Below are positions 36,012 through 46,321 of a stretch of DNA of 64,000 bases, one piece after another (the first letter of the stretch is position 1; every line of letters begins with the position of its first letter). Where the stretch lies: the NCBI GenBank assembly GCA_049966395.1, contig JBMFUT010000002.1:10583-74582 (forward strand), written 5' to 3'. The notes under the pieces were generated by a model. That model saw nothing but the letters and a program-made list of their open reading frames with translations. It did not search any database and had not been told where the DNA came from. The stretch is from Candidatus Micrarchaeia archaeon. GTDB taxonomy: Archaea > Micrarchaeota > Micrarchaeia > Micrarchaeales > CABMGC01. The position numbers and the translations under genes were made by a program.

Positions 36012-37160
36012 ATGGAAAAAGTAATGCTTGTCCATTTTGGCGAGCTGTGGCTTAGGGGCAAGAACAGGCCTAATTATGTCAATCTCCTGAAAAATGACAT
36101 AAGCTACAAGCTCAGCGGAATCGGCTACAAGCTCTACGACAGGCGCGACAGGCTTGTCATAAAAGCCCAAGAGGGCGCAATGCAAGAAATATCCTCAAGG
36201 CTGTCTAAGGTTTTCGGCATAAGCAACTATGCCGTTGCAACTGTAGCAGAGCCTTTACTGCACTCAATATCATTGGCAGCGTTGCCATATCTCAAGGAGC
36301 TGAAGGAGCGAGGCGCAAAAAGCATAAGGATAAACGCGCACAGGTCTTACAAGGAGCTGAGCTTCGATTCTAACGACATTGTTAAGGAAGTTTCAAAGCT
36401 CATAGCCTCGGAAGGCATGCAGCCTGCATTGAAGGGCGCGGACGGCAGCATTTTCATCAACGTGACGAAAGAAAGCTCGTACATATACTCAGAGGTGTCT
36501 AAGGGCGCCGGAGGCCTTCCAGCATTCAGCAGCGGAAAGGCTGTAATACTGCTTTCTGGAGGCATAGACTCGCCAGTAGCCGCATGGTTCGCCATGAAAC
36601 GCGGAATGCAGCCAATATATTTGCACATACACGGCTTCAGGAGCAATGCCGAAGTCTCGCAAACAAAAATACCTCGAATAATAAAAGTCCTGGACAGTTA
36701 TGCAAAATCTAAGTTTTACTTTGTGCCTGCATACAAGTTCCAGATAGCGGCAATGAGGGCTAGCAGCAGATACGAGGCCGTACTCTTCAAGGCTTTTGCA
36801 CTGAGGATCGCGGAGAAGATTGCTATGAGAGAACACGCATACGCAATATATACTGGAGAAAGCATGGGCCAGGTTGCATCGCAAACCCCTATGAACATAA
36901 TGGCATCGCAACTCGGAATAAAGATCCCAGTAATGAGGCCTCTAGTAGGCATGGACAAGGAGGAAATAATAGCCATTGCCAGGAGGATAGGGACATTCGA
37001 AATTTCAATAGAGCCGTACAAGGATGTCTGCTCGATAAACGCCAGGAATCCTGTGACAAAGGCGGATCCAAAAATAGTTAAGGAAATAGCATCCAAAATA
37101 AAGCTCGGAAGCGTTGTCTCAGGATCAGTGAAGCTCGCCGGTGCATGCGAAGCTACTTGA
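36012..37160 (+). CDS. thiI: tRNA 4-thiouridine synthase ThiI (THUMP + PP-loop ATPase)
   Basis: PP-loop AVILLSGGIDSPVAAWFAMKRG and an N-terminal ...HFGELWLRGKNR... THUMP-type region. Confidence 0.85.
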   Translation: MEKVMLVHFGELWLRGKNRPNYVNLLKNDISYKLSGIGYKLYDRRDRLVIKAQEGAMQEISSRLSKVFGISNYAVATVAEPLLHSISLAALPYLKELKERGAKSIRINAHRSYKELSFDSNDIVKEVSKLIASEGMQPALKGADGSIFINVTKESSYIYSEVSKGAGGLPAFSSGKAVILLSGGIDSPVAAWFAMKRGMQPIYLHIHGFRSNAEVSQTKIPRIIKVLDSYAKSKFYFVPAYKFQIAAMRASSRYEAVLFKAFALRIAEKIAMREHAYAIYTGESMGQVASQTPMNIMASQLGIKIPVMRPLVGMDKEEIIAIARRIGTFEISIEPYKDVCSINARNPVTKADPKIVKEIASKIKLGSVVSGSVKLAGACEAT

Positions 37161-38232
37161 GTATGAAGAGCAGCTCTACAAATATCTCTACCACAATCAG
37201 CAATATGACTATTATTTCCAGAACGTCCATCCTGTGGCTCCTGGCGGCCTCTATTATGGTATCCCTCCTTTTTTCTATAACTTCTAGCCCGTCATTAAGC
37301 AGCGATTGCCATTCACCAAGCTTGAATACGTCGAAGAAAAGATCATAGAGCCTTGAGAGGTACCATTCCCCAAACCCTGATATGGCTGACCTTGCGGCAT
37401 TTGACATTTCGCTTATCTTGTCGTAGGAGCTGTTGAGCCTCATGCTCGCCATGCTGAGCTCCTTGCCCCCGAAAGGCTCGCTGCTCAGCACCTTCCTGAT
37501 TATCCCTTCTGTCTCGCGTATCTCTTCAGAAAGCATCTTGCTGTATATCTGCATTTCTAGGAGCTGCACGTTGGCTATCTCGCTCACGATAAGCTCGTAC
37601 TCGAAAGAGTCTGTATTGTCTATCATGAAGGCGCTCTCCCATCCCACGAATAGCGCGTCGCCGCTGCTGTAGGTTATGCTTTTGCTTAGCACTTCCCCTA
37701 TGTAATGTTCATCAAGGCTCTCTGCATCAGGCTCGTCTATGAGCAGCCCCGCAATGAGCTTCCTGTACTGAGCCAGCGCCTTTTCCCTGTCAGCCTTGAG
37801 GTAATAGAAAGCGTAGCCCTCCTTGTAAGAAGAAACATGCACCTCTTTTATCTTTGCTAAGTTTTTTTCGACTTTTGCAAGCGCCCTGCCGGCAACTGCA
37901 GCTATGCCCTCCTTGGCATTCTTGTCGAACGCAAGCTTTCTAAGCTGCTGTTCAGTAAGATTTTCCCTAAGCCTCACTCTTATTGACACGCTGCCAGTGT
38001 TGTATATTGCGGCCTGGACCTTCAGCTTGTATTGCTTGTCGTCAATCGAAAGCACCTCGTCCTTGAGATTGAATACAGAGGGAAGGCTGAAAGTAGATAT
38101 TTCCTCTGGCGTAGGCCTTGCATATTCATATTTAGAGAAGTCCTCGGGGTTCTTAAGCAGGCCCTTGAGCTCCTCTGCGCTGAACTTGCTCCCAACGTTG
38201 TATATGTATAGAAAAGAGGCTTCCGCATCCAT
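37153..38232 (-). CDS. RMD1/DUF155 (COG1723)-like protein with a C-terminal TM helix
   Basis: The C-terminal pattern ...YDLFFDVFKLGEWQSLLNDGLEVIEKRRDTIIEAARSHRMDVLEIIVILLIVVEIFVELL resembles the DUF155 family end. The start is ambiguous (38232, 38256 or 38277). Confidence 0.4.
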   Translation of the reverse strand: MDAEASFLYIYNVGSKFSAEELKGLLKNPEDFSKYEYARPTPEEISTFSLPSVFNLKDEVLSIDDKQYKLKVQAAIYNTGSVSIRVRLRENLTEQQLRKLAFDKNAKEGIAAVAGRALAKVEKNLAKIKEVHVSSYKEGYAFYYLKADREKALAQYRKLIAGLLIDEPDAESLDEHYIGEVLSKSITYSSGDALFVGWESAFMIDNTDSFEYELIVSEIANVQLLEMQIYSKMLSEEIRETEGIIRKVLSSEPFGGKELSMASMRLNSSYDKISEMSNAARSAISGFGEWYLSRLYDLFFDVFKLGEWQSLLNDGLEVIEKRRDTIIEAARSHRMDVLEIIVILLIVVEIFVELLFILK

Positions 38233-38328
38233 GATATTAAATCTGCTGCAAAGCATAAATACATTGGCGCAACGCACGCCATTTGGTAAAGTCTAAAAAT
38301 CTTGCTTTCAAAGCTTATACTAGATTGC

Positions 38329-39348
38329 ATGATATTCGTTGACGATTTCTTGGATGGGATAAACCTGATGCTGCATCCTAGTGCCGCCACTTCGAAGAAG
38401 ATGGACATAGGCAAGGCATTTTCATACTACTACAAAATGACCATAGTCCCTCTGGTGATCTCAGAGGTGCTTGCAATACTGTTTGCGGTCTTCATGCTAT
38501 CTATAATCAAGAGCAGCTTAGTCTTTACGAGCATCCTCGGAGGATTCGGCGCGCTTGACTTTATCGCATTGCCGTTGCTGATACTCTGGATTTTAATCCC
38601 AATCAGCATTTTCATCAGCGCAGGGCTCTATCACATATTCGGCAAGCTCTTCAGGCAGTTCAAAAACAGCTACAGCGCCACTGTCACAGCAGTAGTCTAT
38701 AGCGTTGTGCCGACTGTACTGTTCTACTGGGCTATAATAATACCAGTACTTGGCGGCATAATAAGTTTTGTCATGGGTATATGGGGCTTCATAGTGCTAG
38801 TGATAGCTCTTTCAAAGCAGCAGAAAATAAGCACGGGCGCCGCATTCGGCATAGCGATACTTGTACCAATAATAATAGGTATAATAGTCGTTATAATTGT
38901 CGCGCTTTTCGCCATTGGCGTTTTCCTTCCTATATTAATGTCGCACAATTTCACTAGTGCGCAAGTGCCGTATTCCGGCGCAGCAGGCTACAATTACAAT
39001 TACACAGTAGCGCCCCAAGTGCAGAACCCGTCTGTTTCATCGTCCAACTACTCTTCATGCAACGGTTTCACGCTGTCGTCTAATTCGTGGGGTTCAACAA
39101 TAAGAGGCGTATGCAGCTGGACAGGAGGCAAGCTTTACGTTTATGCCGGCGGGGGAACCTCCGGGTGGGAGGCAGTTAAAATAACAGGCGCAGACAACGT
39201 CACATACCTGAGCCAGTCTTCATCCACTTGGCATATGTCAAAATACGGCGCAGTGTACCTTCCTTCGCAAGACTACTTCATCACGCTCGCCACTGGTCAA
39301 GGCGGAGGGGCTTATGGAAACGCCGCTGTAGAACTTAAAGCATCCTAG
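38329..39348 (+). CDS. multi-pass membrane protein (Yip1-like N-terminal region) with a C-terminal extracytoplasmic beta-rich domain
   Basis: Five or more hydrophobic helices, then a Ser/Gly/Tyr-rich ~130-aa tail with two Cys. The function call is weak. Confidence 0.35.
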   Translation: MIFVDDFLDGINLMLHPSAATSKKMDIGKAFSYYYKMTIVPLVISEVLAILFAVFMLSIIKSSLVFTSILGGFGALDFIALPLLILWILIPISIFISAGLYHIFGKLFRQFKNSYSATVTAVVYSVVPTVLFYWAIIIPVLGGIISFVMGIWGFIVLVIALSKQQKISTGAAFGIAILVPIIIGIIVVIIVALFAIGVFLPILMSHNFTSAQVPYSGAAGYNYNYTVAPQVQNPSVSSSNYSSCNGFTLSSNSWGSTIRGVCSWTGGKLYVYAGGGTSGWEAVKITGADNVTYLSQSSSTWHMSKYGAVYLPSQDYFITLATGQGGGAYGNAAVELKAS

Positions 39349-40307
39349 TAATTCTTGTTAATCATGACGTCAATTGCATGGAGCAGCGCGTCGTCAGATC
39401 TTGCATATTTCAGCTTTATTCCCATGCTTTTCATTTTTTTATTGCTGAGAAGTGTATTCGCTATGTCTCCGGGCCATCCCTTGCTGGTGCCGGTATAGCG
39501 TATCCTGGCCGTGCTTCCAAGCTTTTCCAAAAGTTTTTTTGCTATGAAAGATACGCTTGTCTGCCCATCCGTTGCAAGGTTAAGCAAAATATTCTTTCCA
39601 GTCTTGTGCGATGCGAACATTGCCTCAACGCAATCCCCTACGTCTATGTAAGATTTCTTCTGCTTTCCATTGCCAAGCACCTCAAGCTCTTTGCTGTTGT
39701 TCCTGAGCTTTTCTATGAAATCTACTAGCACACCGTGGCCCTGCTTGTTGCCTACTACGTTGGCAAACCTGTATATGGCATAGCTGAAGCCGAAAAGTTC
39801 GCCATACGCGCTTATGAGCCCTTCTGCAGCAAGCTTCGCAGCGCCGTACATGCTTATCGGAAGCAGAGGTCCATAGTCTTCAGGAGTCGGCTTCACTTTT
39901 GCATTGCCATAAACGACGCTAGACGAAGAGAACATTATGTCTGTGCAACCCGCCTTTCTCATCGCCTCAAGCAGGTTGTGCGTTGCAACAATGCCATTGT
40001 TGACGTCTATGCGCGTGTTCTTTATGCCTGCCCTTACGTCCGCATTTGCGGCCAGATGAACAACAGTGTCAAATCTGCCTTCCTTCAGCACTTTTTCTAC
40101 CATTTTGCTGTCAAGGAGGTCGCCCTTTACTAAGGCAAAATTCTTTTTCCCAATTACGCCATTCAGGTTGCTGATTTTGCCTGAACTCAGGTTGTCATAC
40201 GCGACCACGTAATTGCCTTCATCGACAAGTTTTTGCACTACGTTGCTCCCTATGAAGCCTGCGCCTCCTGTAACAAGAAATCTCATAGCATCGCTTATTG
40301 ATGGCAT
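39345..40307 (-). CDS. NAD-dependent nucleotide-sugar epimerase/dehydratase (SDR family)
   Basis: FLVTGGAGFIGSNVVQKL Rossmann motif and the catalytic YGAAK (SMYGAAKLAAE). Confidence 0.85.
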   Translation of the reverse strand: MPSISDAMRFLVTGGAGFIGSNVVQKLVDEGNYVVAYDNLSSGKISNLNGVIGKKNFALVKGDLLDSKMVEKVLKEGRFDTVVHLAANADVRAGIKNTRIDVNNGIVATHNLLEAMRKAGCTDIMFSSSSVVYGNAKVKPTPEDYGPLLPISMYGAAKLAAEGLISAYGELFGFSYAIYRFANVVGNKQGHGVLVDFIEKLRNNSKELEVLGNGKQKKSYIDVGDCVEAMFASHKTGKNILLNLATDGQTSVSFIAKKLLEKLGSTARIRYTGTSKGWPGDIANTLLSNKKMKSMGIKLKYARSDDALLHAIDVMINKNY

Positions 40308-40342
40308 TTGAATTTATTAATTGTTACCATCGGCAAAGGTTA

Positions 40343-40354
40343 CCTTTAAATATC
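40343..40354 (+). promoter_or_regulatory. TATA box (CCTTTAAATATC)
   Basis: Lies 22-33 nt upstream of the ATG at 40376, which suggests a leaderless transcript. Confidence 0.45.
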
Positions 40355-40375
40355 ACGAAATACATAAAATAAACC

Positions 40376-41185
40376 ATGGAAAAGACGGGCGAAATCAGAA
40401 TCGAGTTTGAAGTGAAACTGCCGGTAAAAAATCTTGAGCAGCGTACAAATTTGGAGTGCGGCCCTACAGTAGTGCGAGCGATGATAGAAGGCTATACAGG
40501 CAAAAGCATAAACGTGGACGAATGGGAGCGCGACCACCTTTATCAATTCGTGGAGCACGGTGCTGACGCATATCAGCTTGCAGAGCTCATCCAAAAAATA
40601 AACAAAAGCAATGGAATATCAAGGAGAATCGATGTTTATGCAGACTACAATCTCATATCTCAAGCGAATATTGAAGAAAACAAAGCAAGGCCTGAGAATC
40701 AGAAAATAGAGAGCACACCACATACGTCTTACAAGGTCGCGGGCAGGGAGCATTTGAGCGAAGTAGAAATGCATCCAGGGATGAAACTAAAAGCAGAAGA
40801 CATATACAGAAAGGTTTCAGAGGGCAATTACGTTATGCTTGAGTCTGGAGGGCATTGGGTGCTGGCATACGGGATAGTCAACTTCTATTTTGGAAATGCA
40901 AAAGAGAGGCTTCTTCTTATAATGGATCCTGCGGATTCGGTAAGCAGAATGGCGGAAATAGGCGACGACAAATTAAAATTATATCAGTATACGAAACTGC
41001 TCAACGACAAATATATTAATGTCAAAGATCTAGTGGATTTGGACAAAATAACAAGCAAGAACATAAATTCTATTTCAGCAGAAGACTTTAAGGAAAAGCC
41101 CGCTGAATTCGACTGCGTGACTGTGGCTCCTGAAAATGTAAAGAATCTAATAAAACATTACGGCCAGCATGCGCCTAAACCTTAA
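40376..41185 (+). CDS. putative papain-fold cysteine peptidase (C39-like)
   Basis: Candidate catalytic Cys in QRTNLECGPTVVRAMIEGYTG and candidate His in SGGHWVLAYGI. The spacing and context resemble C39/BtrH-type peptidases. Confidence 0.4.
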   Translation: MEKTGEIRIEFEVKLPVKNLEQRTNLECGPTVVRAMIEGYTGKSINVDEWERDHLYQFVEHGADAYQLAELIQKINKSNGISRRIDVYADYNLISQANIEENKARPENQKIESTPHTSYKVAGREHLSEVEMHPGMKLKAEDIYRKVSEGNYVMLESGGHWVLAYGIVNFYFGNAKERLLLIMDPADSVSRMAEIGDDKLKLYQYTKLLNDKYINVKDLVDLDKITSKNINSISAEDFKEKPAEFDCVTVAPENVKNLIKHYGQHAPKP

Positions 41186-41232
41186 AGGCAATACTCATAT
41201 ACTATACGCTCTGTTCAACTTCAAGTGTTTTT

Positions 41233-41805
41233 ATGAAGGCTATAGGAATAGATCTTGACGATACAATTGCCGACTTTACTCCGGTGTGGCTCAGGGTAAT
41301 CGAAGATACCACTGGCGTCAAGATAAACTACAGCGACATAAAGATGTGGCATGTCGAGAATCAGTTCAAGTTCCTTGACAAAAATGCCATAATCAGTGCC
41401 CTCAAGGTTGCATGGGATGAGAGGCACAGTGAGATAGAAATTATTGACAGGCACATACCCTCGATAATCGACAACATCAGCCAATTCTACAAGATATATA
41501 TCACTACAGCTTCGCTTGCTTCCGACAGCACAATCAAAGAATGGCTTTCGCTCAACGGGATAAGGTACAACAGGCTGGTGCATGTTGCGCACCATTCTGA
41601 AAAAATGATGGAAGAGGTTTACGCATACGTTGACGACAATCCCATGATGGCCGAAGAGTTCACATCGGCAGGCAAGAAAGTGGTGCTAATCAGGAGGCCT
41701 TGGAACGAGGGCACCAAGGAGAAAGAGAACTTGCTAATTGCAGACAATTGGGACGAGGTAGAGCATCTTCTTGTAAATCTAGCAGATAGGCGCCCTGATG
41801 AATGA
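41233..41805 (+). CDS. HAD-superfamily phosphatase, 5'(3')-deoxyribonucleotidase (NT5C)-like
   Basis: N-terminal DxDxT motif (IGIDLDDTIADF) and the late acidic motif YVDDNP. Confidence 0.55.
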   Translation: MKAIGIDLDDTIADFTPVWLRVIEDTTGVKINYSDIKMWHVENQFKFLDKNAIISALKVAWDERHSEIEIIDRHIPSIIDNISQFYKIYITTASLASDSTIKEWLSLNGIRYNRLVHVAHHSEKMMEEVYAYVDDNPMMAEEFTSAGKKVVLIRRPWNEGTKEKENLLIADNWDEVEHLLVNLADRRPDE

Positions 41806-41811
41806 CTGCGC

Positions 41812-42087
41812 TCATCCTGTCCTTTTTATTACGTGGTAGCCGAATTGCGTTTTGACTATATCAGAAACCTGGCCCACTTCCAATTTGAACGCGGCGTCTT
41901 CAAATGGCTTTACCATCTGCCCCCTTGAGAAGTAGCCAAGGTCGCCCCCGCGCTTCCTGGATCCGTCTATGGAATACTGCTCTGCCAGCTTGGCGAAGCT
42001 CTCGCCCTTCTTAAGCCTCTCAATCACTTCCTGCGCAGTGCTCATCTTCTCAACAAGTATGTGCGAGCATCTTATCTTGTCGGACAT
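41812..42087 (-). CDS. parvulin-type peptidyl-prolyl cis-trans isomerase
   Basis: IRCSHILV...[37 protein letters not shown]...[18 protein letters not shown]. The start is taken at the ATG at 42087. Confidence 0.8.
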   Translation of the reverse strand: MSDKIRCSHILVEKMSTAQEVIERLKKGESFAKLAEQYSIDGSRKRGGDLGYFSRGQMVKPFEDAAFKLEVGQVSDIVKTQFGYHVIKRTG

Positions 42088-42158
42088 GACATCACAATAG
42101 CCTTTAGTAGGGAAATATTTTAAATAATGCATGCAATATACTCCTATTCGGTGCTACA

Positions 42159-43298
42159 ATGGGAGAAAAAATGGTCGTCACGCCATGGGAAGTCAGCGGT
42201 AGCATAGACTACGACAGGCTTATCAAGATGTTCGGCGTGTCTAGGATACCCCAGTCTGTTAAGGACGAAGTGCAGAATATCTCAGGCGAGAGGAGCTTCT
42301 TTTTGAGCAGGGACATCTACTTTGCCCACAGGGACTTCGACCTCGCGCTTCAAGAATACAAAAAAGGTGAGGGCTTTTATCTCTACATGGGGAGAGGCCC
42401 GTCAGGACCCATGCACATAGGCCACCTCATGCCTTTCATATTCACAAAGTGGCTTCAGGAAAAGTTCAACGTCAACCTCTACATACAGGTAACTGACGAC
42501 GAGAAGTTCATGTTCAAGAGCAGCGCCGAAATGAGCAGCATAGACAAGTTCGCAGACGACAACATACTTGACCTCGCCGCTGTGGGATTCGATCCGGACA
42601 AGACTTTCATATTCAAGGACACCGAGTACATAGGCAACGTCTACCGCATGGCAATAAAAATAGCCAAGAAGACGACATTCTCCACAGTAAAGGCGGTTTT
42701 CGGCTTCACGCCATCCACAAACACAGGCATGATATTCTTCCCCGCAATAGAGATAGTGCCTACAATGTTCGAGAAGTCCCGCTGCGTTATACCTTCGCCG
42801 ATAGACCAGGATCCTTACTGGAGAGTGGCAAGAGACATAGTAGATGGCATGGGCTATAAAAAGCCGGCGCAAATATACTGCAAGTTTCTCCCTCCACTTG
42901 CAGGCACTGAGGGAAAGATGAGCGCCTCAATACCTGAAAGTGCAATATACCTTACAGACACTCCTGAGGAGGTAAAGCACAAGGTTAACAAATACGCTTT
43001 TTCTGGAGGAAGGGACACCGTAGAGCTCCACAGGAAGCTCGGAGGCAACCCAGACATAGACGTATCTTTCATATGGCTGCGCTACCTTCTAGAGCCGGAT
43101 GACAACGAGCTCAAGCGTATAGAGGAAGAATACCGTTCTGGAAAGATGCTCACTGGCGAGCTCAAGGCTATAGCAATAGAAAAGATAAACAGCTTCCTTG
43201 CAGAGCACAGGAAGAGAAGAGAAAATGCAGATAAAGCGGCCGAAAAGTACATGCGCACCGGAAAACTGGCAAGGAAAATGTGGGAGACTTTCTACTGA
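42159..43298 (+). CDS. trpS: tryptophanyl-tRNA synthetase (archaeal/eukaryotic type)
   Basis: HIGH-type motif GPMHIGHLMPF and KMSKS-type motif GKMSASIPES. Confidence 0.9.
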   Translation: MGEKMVVTPWEVSGSIDYDRLIKMFGVSRIPQSVKDEVQNISGERSFFLSRDIYFAHRDFDLALQEYKKGEGFYLYMGRGPSGPMHIGHLMPFIFTKWLQEKFNVNLYIQVTDDEKFMFKSSAEMSSIDKFADDNILDLAAVGFDPDKTFIFKDTEYIGNVYRMAIKIAKKTTFSTVKAVFGFTPSTNTGMIFFPAIEIVPTMFEKSRCVIPSPIDQDPYWRVARDIVDGMGYKKPAQIYCKFLPPLAGTEGKMSASIPESAIYLTDTPEEVKHKVNKYAFSGGRDTVELHRKLGGNPDIDVSFIWLRYLLEPDDNELKRIEEEYRSGKMLTGELKAIAIEKINSFLAEHRKRRENADKAAEKYMRTGKLARKMWETFY

Positions 43299-43348
43299 CA
43301 ATTCCTGTAAAATATATAGATGTATCAGAACAAATATGAAGTGTTTCT

Positions 43349-44812
43349 ATGGCTAACGAAGGCAACGCTTCAGACATAATTTCAAGGAGGGGCATCTACT
43401 ACCCGGCCTTCGGCATATACAACGAGGTCGCGGGCTTCTACGACTACGGCCCTATAGGGCTCAGGATAAAGCGCAACATAGAGGCGCTCTGGCGCAGCAC
43501 TTTCGTTGATCAGCTTGGCGCGCTAGAGATAGAGACTACAAGCATACTGCCAGAAATAGTCCTCAAAGCCAGCGGCCATCTTGCTTCATTCACAGACCCT
43601 ATAGTAAAGTGCAAAGTCTGCGGCACGCCCTACAGGGCTGACAAGCTGCTTGAGGAATTCTACAATTCCAAGGGCGACGAGAAGTCAGCGAGCGAGGTAA
43701 GCAAGCTTCGCATGGAAGATATAGAAAGGAGGCTCAAGGAGCACAACATAAAGTGCGCAAAGTGCGGCGGCGAGCTCTCAAATGTAGAATCCTTCAACCT
43801 GCTTTTCAAGGCGCCGATAGGCCCCCTTGGCAGCGAAACAGGATATCTTAGGCCTGAAACCGCGCAGGGCATGTTCCTGGATTTCAAGGCGCTCTTCAAG
43901 ACATACGGAATGAAGTTGCCCTCTTGCATAGCGCAGGTCGGCAAGGCATATCGCAACGAGATTTCGCCTAGGCAGCAGCTCATCAGAATGAGGGAATTCA
44001 GTCAGATGGAAATTGAGATGTTCTTCGACCCCTCTGAAGAGCTGCACGGCATCGGCACCATAGACATTGAAGCGGCGCTCAAGACAAGAATAAACTTCTA
44101 CAGTGCAGAGAAGAAAACCGAGGAAAAAACGCTTGGAGAACTTCTAGAGTCAGGCAAGTTGCCAAACAGGCACTTTGCTGTGTTGCTATACCTGGAGCAG
44201 TCTATCGTAAGGGCGATGGGCTTTGACAACAGCATAACGAGGTTTGCCGAAATACCTAAGGAGGAAGCTCCACACTATTCGAAGGGCAATGTCGATCTAG
44301 AGATAAAGACGTCATACGGCTTTATAGAAGTTGCTGGCACCGCATACAGGACAGACTACGACCTCAGTGCCCATTCTAAGGAGTCTGGAAGCGAGATATC
44401 AGTTGTCAGCGGAGAAAAGAAAATAATTCCTCACGTGGTAGAAGCAAGTATGGGCCTAGACAGGCTGCTCTTTGCGCTTCTGGACAACAGCGTAGCTGAT
44501 GACAACCGCGGCTGGAAATGGCTCAGGCTACCAGAGCGCATTGCGCCATACGAGTATGCGGTATTCCCGCTCCAAAAGGACGAGAAGCTCATGGCAAAGG
44601 CACGCGAGATAGTAAGGCTGCTAGGCGAGAAGAGGGTGAGCTGCTACTACTCTGATTCAGGGAGCATAGGTAAGAGATATGCGAAGGCGGACGAGATAGG
44701 CGTGCCGCGCTGCATAACAGTTGACTTCCAGAGCATTGAGGACGACACTTTCACAATCAGGGATCGCGACACAGCAAAGCAGGTAAGGAAGCAGCTTGGA
44801 GAGATCATATGA
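43349..44812 (+). CDS. glyS: glycyl-tRNA synthetase (alpha2 archaeal/eukaryotic type)
   Basis: RRGIYYPAFGIYNEVAGFYDYGPIGLRIKRNI, class II motif 2 ...GKAYRNEISPRQQLIRMREFSQMEIEMF, and a C-terminal anticodon-binding domain. Confidence 0.9.
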   Translation: MANEGNASDIISRRGIYYPAFGIYNEVAGFYDYGPIGLRIKRNIEALWRSTFVDQLGALEIETTSILPEIVLKASGHLASFTDPIVKCKVCGTPYRADKLLEEFYNSKGDEKSASEVSKLRMEDIERRLKEHNIKCAKCGGELSNVESFNLLFKAPIGPLGSETGYLRPETAQGMFLDFKALFKTYGMKLPSCIAQVGKAYRNEISPRQQLIRMREFSQMEIEMFFDPSEELHGIGTIDIEAALKTRINFYSAEKKTEEKTLGELLESGKLPNRHFAVLLYLEQSIVRAMGFDNSITRFAEIPKEEAPHYSKGNVDLEIKTSYGFIEVAGTAYRTDYDLSAHSKESGSEISVVSGEKKIIPHVVEASMGLDRLLFALLDNSVADDNRGWKWLRLPERIAPYEYAVFPLQKDEKLMAKAREIVRLLGEKRVSCYYSDSGSIGKRYAKADEIGVPRCITVDFQSIEDDTFTIRDRDTAKQVRKQLGEII

Positions 44813-45669
44813 TAGCTAAAGACTTCAGCATGCGCTATACTATAGAAAGCGCGCAGCCCTTGACATTCTGCGCAGACTACTCTTTTTCTGGAAGCTCCGG
44901 AAGCGTAGTTTATGCAACGCGCAAGGGCGTTTTCAGGGTAAGGGCTTATCAGCATGGGAAAGATGCAGAACTGTCATACGAATACTCTGGCAAATATTCT
45001 GCGGCAGGGGCAAGAAGCGAAATAACACGGAGATTCAGTCTGGATCACGACATCAAGGAAATATACAAGCGCATAAGCACTGACAGCAACATAAAGAACG
45101 CAATAAGCCGCTATTACGGCTTGAGGGTCACGCTTAATGACCCTTGGGAGGCTGCTTTATCCTTTGTAGTGTCTCAATTCAACAACGTGAAGAGGATAAG
45201 GCGCATAATGAAGGCACTTATCGAGAATTACGGCGAAGAGGCAGACTCATCTCTTGGAATTGGCAGGCTCTTCCCAGAGCCGGAAGCAATAGCCGCAGCG
45301 ACAGTGAAGGAACTCATGGCATGCGGCACAGGCTTTAGGGCGAAGTACATAAAGGAGCTTGCCGAGGAGTGGAATAGCATAGAAAGGAAAAATCTTGCCT
45401 CGAAGGGCTATCAAGAGGCCAAGGCGGAGCTGATGGAAATGAACGGGATAGGGGACAAGGTTGCGGACTGCATACTTCTCATGGGCTACGGAAAGCTAGA
45501 GGCGTTCCCTATAGATACTTGGATAAAGAGAGTGATGGAGCGCGAATACCTTAAAAAGCGGAGCAGCATCAAAGAGATACACAATTTCGCGGAGAAGAAG
45601 TGGGGAAGTTATGCAGGTTACGCTCAGCAGTACATTTTCTGGCATGGGAGGAGTGCCGGGAGGAAATGA
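44809..45669 (+). CDS. ogg: 8-oxoguanine DNA glycosylase/AP lyase (HhH-GPD, OGG1-like)
   Basis: HhH-GPD motif MNGIGDKVADCILLMGYGKLEAFPIDTWIKRV, with the catalytic Lys (GDKVADC) and Asp (PID). An N-terminal OGG_N-like domain is present. Confidence 0.8.
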   Translation: MIAKDFSMRYTIESAQPLTFCADYSFSGSSGSVVYATRKGVFRVRAYQHGKDAELSYEYSGKYSAAGARSEITRRFSLDHDIKEIYKRISTDSNIKNAISRYYGLRVTLNDPWEAALSFVVSQFNNVKRIRRIMKALIENYGEEADSSLGIGRLFPEPEAIAAATVKELMACGTGFRAKYIKELAEEWNSIERKNLASKGYQEAKAELMEMNGIGDKVADCILLMGYGKLEAFPIDTWIKRVMEREYLKKRSSIKEIHNFAEKKWGSYAGYAQQYIFWHGRSAGRK

Positions 45670-45678
45670 GGTGTTTTG

Positions 45679-46275
45679 ATGATACCAAATATAGACGAAA
45701 TAACCAAGGAGCTCTCTGCGCTTCAGAAGAGGCAGGACAGGGTGATGGATCTTTCAAGATCCATAATAAGACTGACAGGCTATGCGATAACAGCAATACA
45801 CAACCGGGACTTCAAGTCCTCTTCGGCTTCTATGAAGGAACTGCAAGCGCTCATGAAGGAGCTCTCAGTCGCAGAAAAAGGCTTCGAATACTACTCCCAG
45901 CAAGCTCATCAGGAGTTCACAGAGCTCATGGTATTCATGTCTGTAATCAAGGATGGTAAAATACCATCAATGAAAGAAATAGGCGAGACGGCAGTGCCCT
46001 ATCTGCTTGGCATCATGGACGTCGTCGGCGAGCTTAAAAGGGAGGCCTACGAGGCGCTCAGGAAGGGCGATGCCGCTGAAGCAGAGTCATACTACGAGAA
46101 GATGCAGGGAATATACGATGCAACGAGGCACATAAGGTTTGCGGAGTCTCTCATGCCGGGCTTCAGGAAGAAGCAGGATGTTGCCAGGATACTGATAGAA
46201 GGCACAGGCAGCGATCTTCTTGGAGTGGCGCAAAGTAAGCACAGACACTCTTCACCAGGAAAACGCAACAAATAA
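45679..46275 (+). CDS. translin-family protein
   Basis: All-helical ~198 aa. ...AVPYLLGIMDVVGELKREAYEALRKGD... matches the translin YLxGxxDxxGELxR motif. Confidence 0.55.
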   Translation: MIPNIDEITKELSALQKRQDRVMDLSRSIIRLTGYAITAIHNRDFKSSSASMKELQALMKELSVAEKGFEYYSQQAHQEFTELMVFMSVIKDGKIPSMKEIGETAVPYLLGIMDVVGELKREAYEALRKGDAAEAESYYEKMQGIYDATRHIRFAESLMPGFRKKQDVARILIEGTGSDLLGVAQSKHRHSSPGKRNK

Positions 46276-46321
46276 AAGGTTTAGACAGCTAATTTGCGGT
46301 ATTACAAATAAAGTGGTTAGT

